Shown: in pieces, positions 10,381-20,700 of the stretch | Layout of the letters: every line of letters begins with the position of its first letter | Numbering within the stretch: position 1 is the first letter of the stretch | Notes under the pieces: generated by a model | Databases searched by the model: none | What the model was told of the DNA's origin: nothing | The model's input: the letters and a program-made list of their open reading frames with translations, nothing else | DNA from: an uncultured bacterium | GTDB lineage: Bacteria > Patescibacteriota > Minisyncoccia > Phycocordibacterales > UBA9973 | DNA length: 64,000 nt | Reading direction: 5' to 3' | NCBI GenBank assembly: GCA_903892035.1 | Contig: CAITGV010000001.1 | Span: 355,310-419,309 of the forward strand | Position numbers and translations under genes: made by a program

Positions 10381-11379
10381 ATGAAAAAGAAAATCGTAGA
10401 AAAAAAGAATAATAAAAATGGTTTGGTAATCTATCAGGCAAAATCTGGAGCAATTGAGCTCCGGGGAGATATTAGTAAGGAGACTATTTGGGCGACACAA
10501 GCTCAAATTATAAAGTTATTTGGAATTGACCAATCTGTTGTGTCTAGACACATTAAAAATGTCTTTAAAGATAAGGAAATTGACCTAAGAAGCAATATGC
10601 AAAAAATGCATATTGCAAATTCAGACAAACCAGTGATTCTGTATTCATTAGATGTTATTCTTGCCGTTGGATATCGCACAAATTCAAAAACTGCTATTGA
10701 TTTTCGAAGATGGGCCACAAAGACTCTTAAAGAATATCTTGTTCAGGGATATGTTGTAAATGAAAAGCGTCTGCTTGAAGCCAAAGAGAATTTCAATAAA
10801 TTACAAAATACGATTGCATTTCTTAATGAAAAATCACACAAGGAATTACTTTCTGGGCAAGGTAAAGAGATTTTGGATTTGCTTGGTTCGTATGCCAAGA
10901 CACTCACATTGCTCGATGAGTATGATAGAGGCGAGCTCAGTTCCGCAAAAGGCACAAAAGGTAAATTTGTTATTTCATATGAACATTGTTTGGAAGTAAT
11001 TATCGAAGTCAGGAATGAACTTGCAAACAAAGGAGAAGCGAGTGAGCTTTTTGGTTGTGAGCGAGATGGTTCGTTTGGGGGAATTATCAAAGGGCTTTAT
11101 CAAACATTTGGTGGAAAGGAGTTATATTCAACTCTTGAAATAAAAGCTGCACATATCTTGTATTTGATTATAAAAGATCATCCTTTTTCTGATGGGAACA
11201 AAAGAATGGGTTCATTTCTCTTTGTGTATTTCTTAGACAAAAACAATGCTCTATATCGTGAACATGGTGAGAAGAAAATTAATGACAATGCGCTCGCTTC
11301 GCTCGCGCTTCTAATTGCCGAAAGCGATCCTAATGAAAAAGATCAAATGATTGCACTTATTACACAATTGTTGAAGTAA
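10381..11379 (+). CDS. RhuM-like / Fic-Doc fusion protein
   Basis: TIWATQAQI...YSLDVILAVGYR (RhuM-like); HPFSDGNKR (Fic). Confidence 0.9.
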   Translation: MKKKIVEKKNNKNGLVIYQAKSGAIELRGDISKETIWATQAQIIKLFGIDQSVVSRHIKNVFKDKEIDLRSNMQKMHIANSDKPVILYSLDVILAVGYRTNSKTAIDFRRWATKTLKEYLVQGYVVNEKRLLEAKENFNKLQNTIAFLNEKSHKELLSGQGKEILDLLGSYAKTLTLLDEYDRGELSSAKGTKGKFVISYEHCLEVIIEVRNELANKGEASELFGCERDGSFGGIIKGLYQTFGGKELYSTLEIKAAHILYLIIKDHPFSDGNKRMGSFLFVYFLDKNNALYREHGEKKINDNALASLALLIAESDPNEKDQMIALITQLLK

Positions 11380-11408
11380 TATTAACATCTAAATTAAAAA
11401 TTATATTT

Positions 11409-11900
11409 ATGAGTACTAAAAAAACATATTTGGCAGGAGGGTGTTTCTGGGGATTGGAAGAATTGATGCGAAGTCAGCCTGGGGTGAAAAATATTATCGC
11501 TGGTTACGCTGGTGGGACGAATGAAAATCCAACTTACGAAAATCATCCAGGTCATGCGGAAGCATTAGAGATTGAATACGATACAGAAGTCACAAGCTTT
11601 TGGAAACTTTTGGATTTCTTTTTTCAGATTCACAATCCAACGACAAAGAATCAACAGGGGAATGATATTGGTGATTCGTATCGAAGCGCGATTTTTTATC
11701 AAAACGATGAAGAATTGCAAAAAGCAAAGGATTTTATAAAAATCGTCAACGATTCAAAGCGTTGGGATGCTCCAGTGGTCACGACACTTGAGCCTTTTAC
11801 AAAGTTTTGGCCAGCAGAAGACTATCATCAAGACTATTTGCAAAGGAATCCTGGTGGCTACACCTGCCACGCAATTTATTTCGATAGTTATTTGGATTAA
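11409..11900 (+). CDS. msrA: Peptide-methionine (S)-S-oxide reductase
   Basis: AGGCFWG, AEDYHQDY. Confidence 0.95.
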   Translation: MSTKKTYLAGGCFWGLEELMRSQPGVKNIIAGYAGGTNENPTYENHPGHAEALEIEYDTEVTSFWKLLDFFFQIHNPTTKNQQGNDIGDSYRSAIFYQNDEELQKAKDFIKIVNDSKRWDAPVVTTLEPFTKFWPAEDYHQDYLQRNPGGYTCHAIYFDSYLD

Positions 11901-11943
11901 ATATTTCCGAAAATAAAATCACAAATTGTGATAATATCAGCTC

Positions 11944-12288
11944 ATGAGAGTCTGGGATATACATCCGAAACATTTGTGTAGAAAGCATTTGCTCGCCGAA
12001 CATCGTGAGCTTCATGGGCTTTGGAATATTTTGACGAAACATGGCGGAGTGGGTGGATATTCGAGACACCCAGAGACTTTGCGTTGGGTGGGCAAGACTC
12101 GTGCATTATATTTGCGTCACGAAATGCTCGTGCAAGAATTTATACGTCGTGGATACAAGCATCATACTCCACTTGATAAAAAGTTGGCAAAAGGTTCTGC
12201 GAATCAGAGTGTGTTTATAAACACCGCTCGTGAACAAAAAGAAATTTTGAAAAATAAAATGTGCGAATGTTTACTAGATATGCACTAA
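11944..12288 (+). CDS. Pyrimidine dimer DNA glycosylase / endonuclease V family
   Basis: MRVWDIHPKHLCRKHLLAEHRELH, HPET, EFIRRGYKH. Confidence 0.85.
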   Translation: MRVWDIHPKHLCRKHLLAEHRELHGLWNILTKHGGVGGYSRHPETLRWVGKTRALYLRHEMLVQEFIRRGYKHHTPLDKKLAKGSANQSVFINTAREQKEILKNKMCECLLDMH

Positions 12289-12332
12289 GTGTTATCTTTT
12301 TATTAAATTCAAATTAAGTGTAGAATGGGTGA

Positions 12333-12557
12333 ATGACAGAACAAAAAAACAATCCACTACACGGAGTGACACTCGAATTTATTTTGAAATTTCTTGTGGA
12401 ACAATATGGCTTCGAGGAATTGGGGGAGAGGATAAGAATAAATTGTTTCGTGAGTGACCCGAGTATAAATTCTAGTTTGAAATTTCTACGCAAAACTCCT
12501 TGGGCACGCAAAAAGGTGGAGGATTTGTATTTGTATACTAAAAGAAAAATTGGTTAA
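12333..12557 (+). CDS. VF530 (DUF2132) family DNA-binding protein
   Basis: NNPLHGVTL...[17 protein letters not shown]. Confidence 0.9.
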   Translation: MTEQKNNPLHGVTLEFILKFLVEQYGFEELGERIRINCFVSDPSINSSLKFLRKTPWARKKVEDLYLYTKRKIG

Positions 12558-12796
12558 GATTTCTTTAGAAATTCTGTTCGGAGAACAATGCCTTTCATTC
12601 CATTGATATTGCATTCGATCTGTTCTTCATTGTCTGTAAGGTGAATATTTTTTGCTTTCGCACCTCTTTTGATTACCGTCGAGCTACCTTTCAATTTTAA
12701 ATCTTTTATGACTATGACAGTGTCACCATCGGCTAAAATAGTGCCATTGCTATCTCTTGTAATTACTTTTTCGTCTTCTTCATTTTCATTGTTCAT
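12554..12796 (-). CDS. PhnA/YjdM-like small protein
   Basis: [31 protein letters not shown]; start moved to MNNENEED. Confidence 0.88.
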   Translation of the reverse strand: MNNENEEDEKVITRDSNGTILADGDTVIVIKDLKLKGSSTVIKRGAKAKNIHLTDNEEQIECNINGMKGIVLRTEFLKKS

Positions 12797-12880
12797 AAGT
12801 GGATTATATACTATATAGGGAAATAGGAGTAGGGTGATATAAAAAATCATATCAATTTATAAAGTTTTCCACATATTGTT

Positions 12881-12910
12881 TTGACTGTGAACGACTGTTC
12901 ACGTTATAAT
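12881..12910 (+). promoter_or_regulatory. Promoter with LexA-like operator
   Basis: TTGACT-18-TATAAT with GTGAAC-gact-GTTCAC (12887-12902); ATG 6 nt downstream. Confidence 0.8.
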
Positions 12911-12916
12911 ATTTGA

Positions 12917-14026
12917 ATGACAAATATTTTTTCTAGAAATTTGTTTGGAATTTTTTTAATAATAATATTAACAATTATTTTTCCAACACAGAGTTTCGCT
13001 TCATATCATTTTTCAAATTTTCGTGGACGTCCACCGATTCATGTTTATAAAACTACCGGCAGTATTCCGATGGGTATGACACCAGCGATGATAAAAAATA
13101 TTTATATTTTACCCGCAAGTGGCGGACAGGGAACTATCGCTATCGTTGGTGCATACGATGATACAAGTATTGAAAAAGATTTGGTAGATTTTAGTAAGAC
13201 TTTTAATTTAACATCGTGTACTGTTTCAAATGGTTGTTTTGAAAAACATAAAATGTCTTCAAAAATAAAAGCTGATAGCAATTGGGCTCTTGAGACAACT
13301 CTCGATGTAGAGTGGGCTCACGCGATAGCACCACAGGCAAAAATCTTACTAGTCGAAGCGGTGACGCCATCGGGAGCTAACCTTTTGAATGCAGTAGATT
13401 ATGCATCAAAAAGAAATGATGTATCGGCAATATCGATGAGCTGGGGCGGAAGTGAATTTCCAGAAGAAGTAAATTTGGATCCACATTTTAAAAGTATTTC
13501 TGGTGCGAAGTATTTTGCTTCGTCGGGAGACAATGGCACGGGGGCGTCGTGGCCAGCTTCATCACCAGATGTTATTGCTGTCGGAGGTACGACACTTGTT
13601 TTAAATAGTAATGGAAATGTTTCAAAAGAAATTGCATGGTCTGGATCGGGTGGTGGCATATCTCAATATGAAAAAGCTCCAACGTATCAAAAAGATTATT
13701 CAATTTCAAAAAGTGGCGGCATGCGCGCAATTCCAGATGTGGCGTACGACGCAGATCCGAAATCTGGCTTTCCAATAATTCGTGGTGGGGTGTGGCGTAC
13801 TGTTGGTGGCACTTCAGCCGGTGCCCCACAATGGGCAGCAATTTCCACTCTTGGTTCGGGTGCAAGTAATGATAATTTTTATTCCGACAAAGCTGGTTCA
13901 AATAGTAGTTCTTATTTTCGTGATATTACAAGTGGAGCAAATGGCGATTGTGGCTACGTGTGCAATGCTCGTAAACATTATGATTTTGTGACAGGACTAG
14001 GGACTCCAAAGACTGTAAACTTTTAG
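12917..14026 (+). CDS. Secreted S53 (sedolisin/kumamolisin-like) peptidase
   Basis: Signal peptide; ETTLDVE, SSGDNG, GGTSA, YDFVTGLGTP. Confidence 0.88.
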   Translation: MTNIFSRNLFGIFLIIILTIIFPTQSFASYHFSNFRGRPPIHVYKTTGSIPMGMTPAMIKNIYILPASGGQGTIAIVGAYDDTSIEKDLVDFSKTFNLTSCTVSNGCFEKHKMSSKIKADSNWALETTLDVEWAHAIAPQAKILLVEAVTPSGANLLNAVDYASKRNDVSAISMSWGGSEFPEEVNLDPHFKSISGAKYFASSGDNGTGASWPASSPDVIAVGGTTLVLNSNGNVSKEIAWSGSGGGISQYEKAPTYQKDYSISKSGGMRAIPDVAYDADPKSGFPIIRGGVWRTVGGTSAGAPQWAAISTLGSGASNDNFYSDKAGSNSSSYFRDITSGANGDCGYVCNARKHYDFVTGLGTPKTVNF

Positions 14027-14027
14027 A

Positions 14028-14171
14028 GATAGCAAAATTTTGGTAGAAAAGATTTTATTAAAAAATCACGAATGGAAATCTTATTCAGCAAAGCGATTAC
14101 GTGGATCACAAATGGCAGAAAATTTAAAAATCTTGGAAGCAGAATATGATCAAATCTTAAAAAACAAATAA
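14028..14171 (+). pseudogene. Possible 3' gene remnant
   Basis: About 47 open codons (DSKILVEKILLKNHEW...QILKNK*) with no good start, followed by a hairpin. Confidence 0.25.
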
Positions 14172-14219
14172 AAAAGGAATGCCACTAGTGCATCCCTTCT
14201 TTCTTTTTTTTGAGGAAGA

Positions 14220-14393
14220 CTATTTTTTTTCGTCTGGCTCAATTTCTTTTTTTTCGAAAAGTTCCTCGTGAGAGGTCTCTTCGTGGTTGATGATGACAAT
14301 TGCATCACCTGCCCTAACAGATACTGTTACAGTTCCATTAGGTTCTTTTGTGAAGTTGATACCCTGAGGGATCATTTTAATTTGTACTGACAT
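14220..14393 (-). CDS. Small hypothetical protein (57 aa)
   Basis: MSVQIKMIPQGINFTKEPNG...; TGCTATAAT upstream on the minus strand. Confidence 0.5.
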   Translation of the reverse strand: MSVQIKMIPQGINFTKEPNGTVTVSVRAGDAIVIINHEETSHEELFEKKEIEPDEKK

Positions 14394-14481
14394 ATTTTTT
14401 TTATTTAATTGTGAGCTAGTATTATAGCATTTTAAATATATAAAGTCAAGAAAAGCGGTGATGTGCTAAATAAGCTATAAT

Positions 14482-14883
14482 TTGCAAATGAAATTCAGAT
14501 GGAAGAGGGTTGTATTTCGAATACGAGTGAAGGGACCAAAAAAATTGTTGGGGCATTTGAGAGTGAAGGATTACAGGGAAAACAAGGAGGCCGCGCGAGG
14601 GAGGGCCCTCGCGCGGCTTTCGCATTTCAATCAATTTTACAATCTAAAAGTTGGCAAGGTTTTCATTCGTAATCAAAAGTCACGATGGGGAAGTTGCTCA
14701 AGCAAAGGCAATTTGAATTTCAATTATAAAATTGCAATGCTTCCGAGCGAACTTTCGGACTACATCATAGTCCACGAACTTTGCCACCTCGCACAAATGA
14801 ATCACTCAAAAAATTTCTGGTCCCTAGTAGAACAACAAATTCCAAATTACAAAAATCTCCGCGCTGAACTTAAGAAATATTGA
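14482..14883 (+). CDS. M48/YgjP (DUF45) family metallo-hydrolase
   Basis: RNQKSRWGSCS, HELCHL..MNHS. Confidence 0.9.
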   Translation: MQMKFRWKRVVFRIRVKGPKKLLGHLRVKDYRENKEAARGRALARLSHFNQFYNLKVGKVFIRNQKSRWGSCSSKGNLNFNYKIAMLPSELSDYIIVHELCHLAQMNHSKNFWSLVEQQIPNYKNLRAELKKY

Positions 14884-14887
14884 TCAC

Positions 14888-14917
14888 TTGCATTGTGAAC
14901 AATCGTTCACGTATAAT
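14888..14917 (+). promoter_or_regulatory. dinB promoter with LexA-like operator
   Basis: TTGCAT-18-TATAAT with GTGAAC-aatc-GTTCAC (14895-14910). Confidence 0.85.
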
Positions 14918-14923
14918 GTAGGA

Positions 14924-16180
14924 ATGAATGAAGAGGGAATAGAGAAAAAGCAAAAAGAGAGAATATTTTTTCATATGGATGGTGATGCATTTTTTGTCGG
15001 TGTAGAAATAGCTAAGAATCCAAAATTGAAAGGCTTGCCCGTGGTGACCGGAGAAGAGCGGGGAATTGTCTCTGCACTTTCGTATGAAGCCAAAGCGCTC
15101 GGCATCACACGAGGAATGCCAGTTTTTCGTCTAAAAAAAGAATTTCCAAATGTAATAATTCTTGCCGGAGATTATAAATCATACGCAGAGTATTCGAGTA
15201 GGATGTTTGAAATAGTTCGTCGATATGCGGATGATGTAGAAGAGTACAGCATCGATGAATGTTTTGCCGACCTCACAGGGCTTGATTCGACTTTGTATAT
15301 GAGCTATTTGCAAATTGCACAGAGAATAAAAAAAGAAGTAAATAGTGAACTTGGACTTTCTGTTTCAGTCGGTCTTGCACCGACAAAAGTTCTCGCTAAG
15401 GTTGCTTCGAAATGGGTCAAGCCTGATGGGTTGACGGAAATACGAAAAGAAAATGCCCCAAATTTTTTGTCGAAAACGCCAATAGAAAAAATTTGGGGCC
15501 TTGGTCTGCAAACTTCAACTTTCTTAAAAATAAAAAAAGTTTTTACAGCATTGGATTTTATAAATAAAGATTTGTCTTGGGTGAAAAGAAATTTATCTGC
15601 TCCATATGAGACTATATGGTACGAACTTCGGGGGATTAGGATAATGAGCATTAATCCAGAGCTGAAAATAATTTATTCATCAATACAAAAGACGCGAAGT
15701 TTCCACCCCTCGACAAACGAGAAAAATTTTCTTTTCTCTGAACTCTCAAAACATATTGAAGATGCGTGTAGAAAGGCTCGCCACTACCACCTTGTGCCAA
15801 AAAAAATTTCATTTTTTCTTAAAACAACAAATTTTAAATTCATAACTTTTTCACAAAAAATTTTAATACCAGCAAATTCTCCTGAAGATTATATTTCACT
15901 CGCATATGTGTGGCTCAAAAATTTAGAAAAAACAAAAACACTTTACCGCACGACCGGTGTGACCTTGCACGACTTAGCGTACGATACATTTACGCAAGCA
16001 GATTTATTTGGTCACGGAGAAAAAATTGATAAATTGAAAATAATACACAAACAAATTGATAAATTGGAAAATAAACTTGGTAAAAGATTTGTGCATCTAG
16101 GTTCAAGCCACAAATCACTTTCACGCGAAATGCTTGGCACTGAGCCAGACGAAATAGATCGAAATTTATTATTTTTATAA
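14924..16180 (+). CDS. dinB: Y-family DNA polymerase (Pol IV/DinB-like)
   Basis: HMDGDAFF, SYEAKALG, YSIDECF, LAKVASKWVKPDG; start moved to ATG 14924, 6 nt after the -10. Confidence 0.92.
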   Translation: MNEEGIEKKQKERIFFHMDGDAFFVGVEIAKNPKLKGLPVVTGEERGIVSALSYEAKALGITRGMPVFRLKKEFPNVIILAGDYKSYAEYSSRMFEIVRRYADDVEEYSIDECFADLTGLDSTLYMSYLQIAQRIKKEVNSELGLSVSVGLAPTKVLAKVASKWVKPDGLTEIRKENAPNFLSKTPIEKIWGLGLQTSTFLKIKKVFTALDFINKDLSWVKRNLSAPYETIWYELRGIRIMSINPELKIIYSSIQKTRSFHPSTNEKNFLFSELSKHIEDACRKARHYHLVPKKISFFLKTTNFKFITFSQKILIPANSPEDYISLAYVWLKNLEKTKTLYRTTGVTLHDLAYDTFTQADLFGHGEKIDKLKIIHKQIDKLENKLGKRFVHLGSSHKSLSREMLGTEPDEIDRNLLFL

Positions 16181-16324
16181 AACAGGTTCTCCGCGAATGA
16201 TTCTTACCAGTATCATAATTATGGCAAGAACCAAAAGAATGTGAATTAGTCCACCAAGGGTAAAAGCTGTCACCATTCCTAAAAGCCAAAGAGTTATTAA
16301 AATGAGTGCAATTGTGAATAACAT
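16175..16324 (-). CDS. lmo0937-family small membrane protein (49 aa)
   Basis: MLFTIALILITLWLLGMVTAFTLGGLIHILLVLAIIMILVRIIRGEPVL; below the ORF-track cut-off. Confidence 0.8.
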   Translation of the reverse strand: MLFTIALILITLWLLGMVTAFTLGGLIHILLVLAIIMILVRIIRGEPVL

Positions 16325-16421
16325 AGATATTTATAATTAAGTTAATAATATTACTTACAATATAAATGCCGTAAGATAACTAAATATATTACAAAATAAA
16401 TAGTTATCCACAGTATTTTTC

Positions 16422-16450
16422 TTGACTGTGAACATGCGTTCACATATAAT
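16422..16450 (+). promoter_or_regulatory. lexA operon promoter with operator
   Basis: TTGACT-17-TATAAT with GTGAAC-atgc-GTTCAC (16428-16443); TTATCCACA at 16404-16412. Confidence 0.85.
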
Positions 16451-16488
16451 AGAAAGGTAAGAGATTAAAAGTTTAATTATTAAAATAT

Positions 16489-16683
16489 ATGTCAAAAGAT
16501 CAATATATAGTCGCCCTTGAGCGCGAACTCACAAAGCTCAACAAACAAATTGATTTAAAAATAATTCGAGGGGAGAATTATTCATTCGAATCTCGCAAGC
16601 ACAAAATGCTAAAAGAGATTTCAAAGAAATATAAAAAGCCCACTTTCTTTGCACATATATTTCCAATGATGTTAAAATACTAA
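16489..16683 (+). CDS. Small hypothetical protein co-transcribed with lexA
   Basis: 64-aa ORF ending 1 nt before the lexA start. Confidence 0.65.
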   Translation: MSKDQYIVALERELTKLNKQIDLKIIRGENYSFESRKHKMLKEISKKYKKPTFFAHIFPMMLKY

Positions 16684-16684
16684 T

Positions 16685-17251
16685 ATGAAAAACGAATACC
16701 AAAATAAAATTGAAAACTTCCATTCGCGACAGAAAAGAATGCCTACGTACTCCGAAATGATGAAGCTCTTTGGTTTCAAATCTAAAAATGCAGTTTACAG
16801 GGTAGTTGAGAAGCTTATGGATGCAGGGCTAGTGGCAAAAGACCACCTTGGTCGCCTGGTGCCAACAAAAAGTTTTGGAGAGATTCCTATGCTCGGTTCT
16901 GTGACTGCGGGATTCCCAGCAACAGTCGAAGAAGAGCGACATGAGACGATGAATATCGACGATTATCTTGTTGAAAAAAAGGATTCTACATATATGCTTG
17001 AAGTTGATGGTGACTCTATGATCGATGCTCATATTGAAGATGGAGATATGGTCCTAGTCGAACGCACAGACAAAGCCAAAGATGGGCAGATAGTCATAGC
17101 ATATATCGATGGGGAATTTACAATGAAATATTTCCGTAAAAATGCTGACGACGTCTGGCTTGAACCTGCAAATAAAAAATATAAAAACATTTACCCAAAG
17201 CATGACCTTCAGATCACTGCGGTGGTAAAGGCTGTCATACGCAAATACTAG
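16685..17251 (+). CDS. lexA: LexA-family repressor (S24)
   Basis: wHTH (PTYSEMMKLFGFKS), AG cleavage site (VTAGFP), GDSM Ser, TMKY Lys. Confidence 0.9.
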   Translation: MKNEYQNKIENFHSRQKRMPTYSEMMKLFGFKSKNAVYRVVEKLMDAGLVAKDHLGRLVPTKSFGEIPMLGSVTAGFPATVEEERHETMNIDDYLVEKKDSTYMLEVDGDSMIDAHIEDGDMVLVERTDKAKDGQIVIAYIDGEFTMKYFRKNADDVWLEPANKKYKNIYPKHDLQITAVVKAVIRKY

Positions 17252-17335
17252 TCTATTGACAAAAAATCTCCTACATGCTATGGTGTGTGGGATATTTTTT
17301 GTATGTAATTTAATAAACCCAAAATTTTAGAAACT

Positions 17336-17668
17336 ATGGCTAATGAATTAATGTTTAGAAACACCGGGCTTGATTTGCGTCACGTCCATTTTCTTTTTAT
17401 GATTGCCTTTGAGCAAGAAATGTCTCAGAAATGGCAATTTAAAAGAAGGGAAATCAAAAAAGTGAATGCATTTAATTTAAATGTGAGTTCATTTTGTTTT
17501 AATTTTATAACTAATTGTGACATTCAAGTTGAAGGAACTATTACAGTTCTTGAGGATGATGCAATGTTGCGCTACACAGTGCGTGAAAGTACTGTAAGTC
17601 TAGTTATAAATTTAGAACTTTCTGAAATTTTGTCTGAACTGGAAAATCGAGTTCGTGAAATATTTTAG
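17336..17668 (+). CDS. Hypothetical protein
   Basis: 110-aa ORF with TTGACA...TGCTATGGT promoter upstream. Confidence 0.55.
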   Translation: MANELMFRNTGLDLRHVHFLFMIAFEQEMSQKWQFKRREIKKVNAFNLNVSSFCFNFITNCDIQVEGTITVLEDDAMLRYTVRESTVSLVINLELSEILSELENRVREIF

Positions 17669-17776
17669 AAATCAAAAATTTAAAAAATGTCCTTACTGGC
17701 TAGCGTTGGTAAGGATTATTTTTTTGCTTGAAATACAGCTTTAAAAACCTACTATTTCATGCTATTATCAGAAAAT

Positions 17777-20700
17777 ATGGAAGAGAATTCAGACAATAAA
17801 TCACAAATAGCAAAACGCGAAGAAAAGATTTTGGCATATTGGCAAGAGAACAATACTTTCAGAAAAAGTTTGGAAAAAGAGGCGCCAAAAGGGAATTACG
17901 TTTTTTATGATGGACCACCTTTTGCGACAGGTTTACCACACTACGGGCACATACTCGGAAGTACTGCTAAGGACGTGATTGGTCGCTATCAGACGATGCA
18001 GGGTTTTAAGGTGCCAAGAAAATGGGGTTGGGATTGTCACGGCCTGCCGATCGAGCACATTATAGAAAAAGAATTAAAAATTTCTGGACATAAAGAAATT
18101 GAAGAATACGGAATTGAAAAATTTACAGAATATGCGCGAAGTAAAGTTTTGACCTATGTGCATGATTGGAAGAGGACAGTAGACCGCATCGGGCGCTGGG
18201 TGGATTTTGATAATGGTTACAAGACAATGGACAACACTTTCATCGAAAGTGTATGGTGGGCACTTGGAGAGCTTAATAAAAAAAGTTTGGTATATGAAGG
18301 TGTGCGAGTACTTGCTTACTGTCCACGTTGCGAGACACCAATAGCAAATTCGGAAATTGCAATGGACAATAGTTATAAAGACATTACAGATATTTCTGTA
18401 TTTGTGAAGTTTCCTTTGATTGAAGATCCAAATACATATTTGGTAGCCTGGACTACAACGCCTTGGTCACTTCCTGGTGATACTGCTCTTGCTGTAAACA
18501 AAGAAATAAAATATATAAAAATTTTACACGAAGGTGCGTACTATGTTATTGCAAAAGAGCGAGCACCTTTTGTTCCGGTACTCAAGGATATTGCTCTAGT
18601 AGAAGGGGAAAATTATGAAGAAGTAAATGTCGAAGATTTGATTGGTAAATCATACATACCACCTTTTAAGTATTATGAAAATACTGAAATGCCAAATAAA
18701 GAAAATATTTGGAAGATTTGGCATGCGGACTTTGTCACGATAGATGCAGGTACGGGCATTGCGCACGAAGCTCCAGCTTTTGGAGAAGAAGATATGGATC
18801 TAGCAAAAAAGAATAATATTCCATTTATTAATCATGTAACTGTGGATGGAAAATTTGCATCAGAAGTTCTTGATTTTGCTGGTGAAAAAATAAAACCAAA
18901 AGAAGATCACCAAAGTGGTGATGTACTCATAATCAAATATTTGGCAAAAGCTGGAACTCTTTTTGCAAAAGAAAAAATAATTCACTCATACCCGCACTGT
19001 TATCGTTGTGAGACACCACTTTTCTACTATGCTCTTCCATCGTGGTTTGTAAATGTGCAGAAAGTAAAAAATAAAATGCTTGAAAATGCCAAAGAAATGA
19101 ATTGGATTCCAGGGCATTTAAAAGAAGGGCGTTTTCAAAATATTATGGAAAATGCTCCAGATTGGAACATTTCCCGCAATCGCTACTGGGCGAGTCCTTT
19201 GCCTATTTGGAAATCAGAATCAGGTAAGCTTTTATTTGTATCGAGTGTAGAAGATTTGAAAAATAAAACAAAAAAATCTGGAAATAAATATTTTATAATG
19301 CGCCACGGAGAATCAACTCATAATACAGAAGGAATTTGTAGTTCTGTGGTAGATTACCCGCATCATCTTACAGAAGAAGGGAAGAAAATCGTTGGTGAAA
19401 ATGCAGAATTATTAAAAACAAAAAATATTACAACAATATATTGTTCACCTTACGTTCGTACAAAAGAAACCGCTGAAATAGTAGCAAATACAATTGGTTT
19501 TGATAAAACAAAAATAATTTACGATGAAAGAATTGAAGAATTTAAATTTGGGGATTTCAATATGAAGCCCATGAAAGAATATTTGAAATGGAGAGAAAAA
19601 GTGGGTAATACAGTCAATCTCTGTCCTCCAAATGGTGAAAGTGTTGTTGATTCACGTCATCGTTTTTCTAAATTTTATTATGATATTGATGAAAAACTTA
19701 CAAATCAAAATGTTCTTGTTATTTCTCACGGTATAGCACTTGAGGTTATGGAAGGAATTGATAATGGTTATAGTGATGAAATTATGTGGAAAAATTGGAA
19801 AATGAACAGCGTTGCGCCGGGGCATTTTAAAGAATTTAATTTCACACCATTGCCACATAATAAAAATTTTGAACTTGATTTACATAGACCATATATAGAC
19901 AACATTGTTTTGACCGATGGTGCAGAAGAGTATCATCGTGTGCCTGAAGTTATGGACTGTTGGTTTGAGTCAGGCTCAATGCCTTTTGCGCAAGACCACT
20001 ATCCCTTCGACTTCGCTCAGGGTAAACCCTTTGAAGGTGTTGATTGGAAAAAATTAAATTTCCCAGCAGGTTTTGTTGCAGAATACATAGCGCAGACACG
20101 TACATGGTTTTACTATTCACATACACTTTCGACTATGCTTTTTGATCACGCACCATTTAAAAATGTCGTAACGACAGGAACACTGCTCGCTTCCGATGGA
20201 CAGAAAATGTCGAAGTCGAAAGGAAATTATCCTGACCCATGGATTATCTTTAATAAATTTGGAGTTGATCCGCTACGTTTTTATTTGATGTCATCACCTT
20301 TGATGAAAGGCGAGGATACAAATTTTATGGAAAAAAGTGTTCAAGATATTTCAAGTAAAATTATTTCTCGCATGGACAACGTTGTGGCGTTTTATGAATT
20401 GTATAGAGATAATGAATTAGAGAATAAATTGGTAAATTCAAAGAATGTCCTCGATATTTGGATTCTTGCTCGACTCGAGCAGTGTGTGAGTGAAGTGACG
20501 GCTGGAATGGAGGCGTACGATATGGCTCTAGCTTCAAGACCTTTTGAATTATTTATCGAAGATCTTTCGACTTGGTATTTGCGTCGTTCACGTGAACGCA
20601 TAAAAGACGGTGATGCGGGAGCAAAAGCTACACTATATTTTGTATTGAAAACAGTGGCGACAATTATCGCACCGCTGACGCCATTTCTCGCTGAAGATAT

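Noticed and set aside
14888-14923. TTG start and extension of dinB
   Set aside because: The TTG is the -35 element; ATG 14924 fits a leaderless start.
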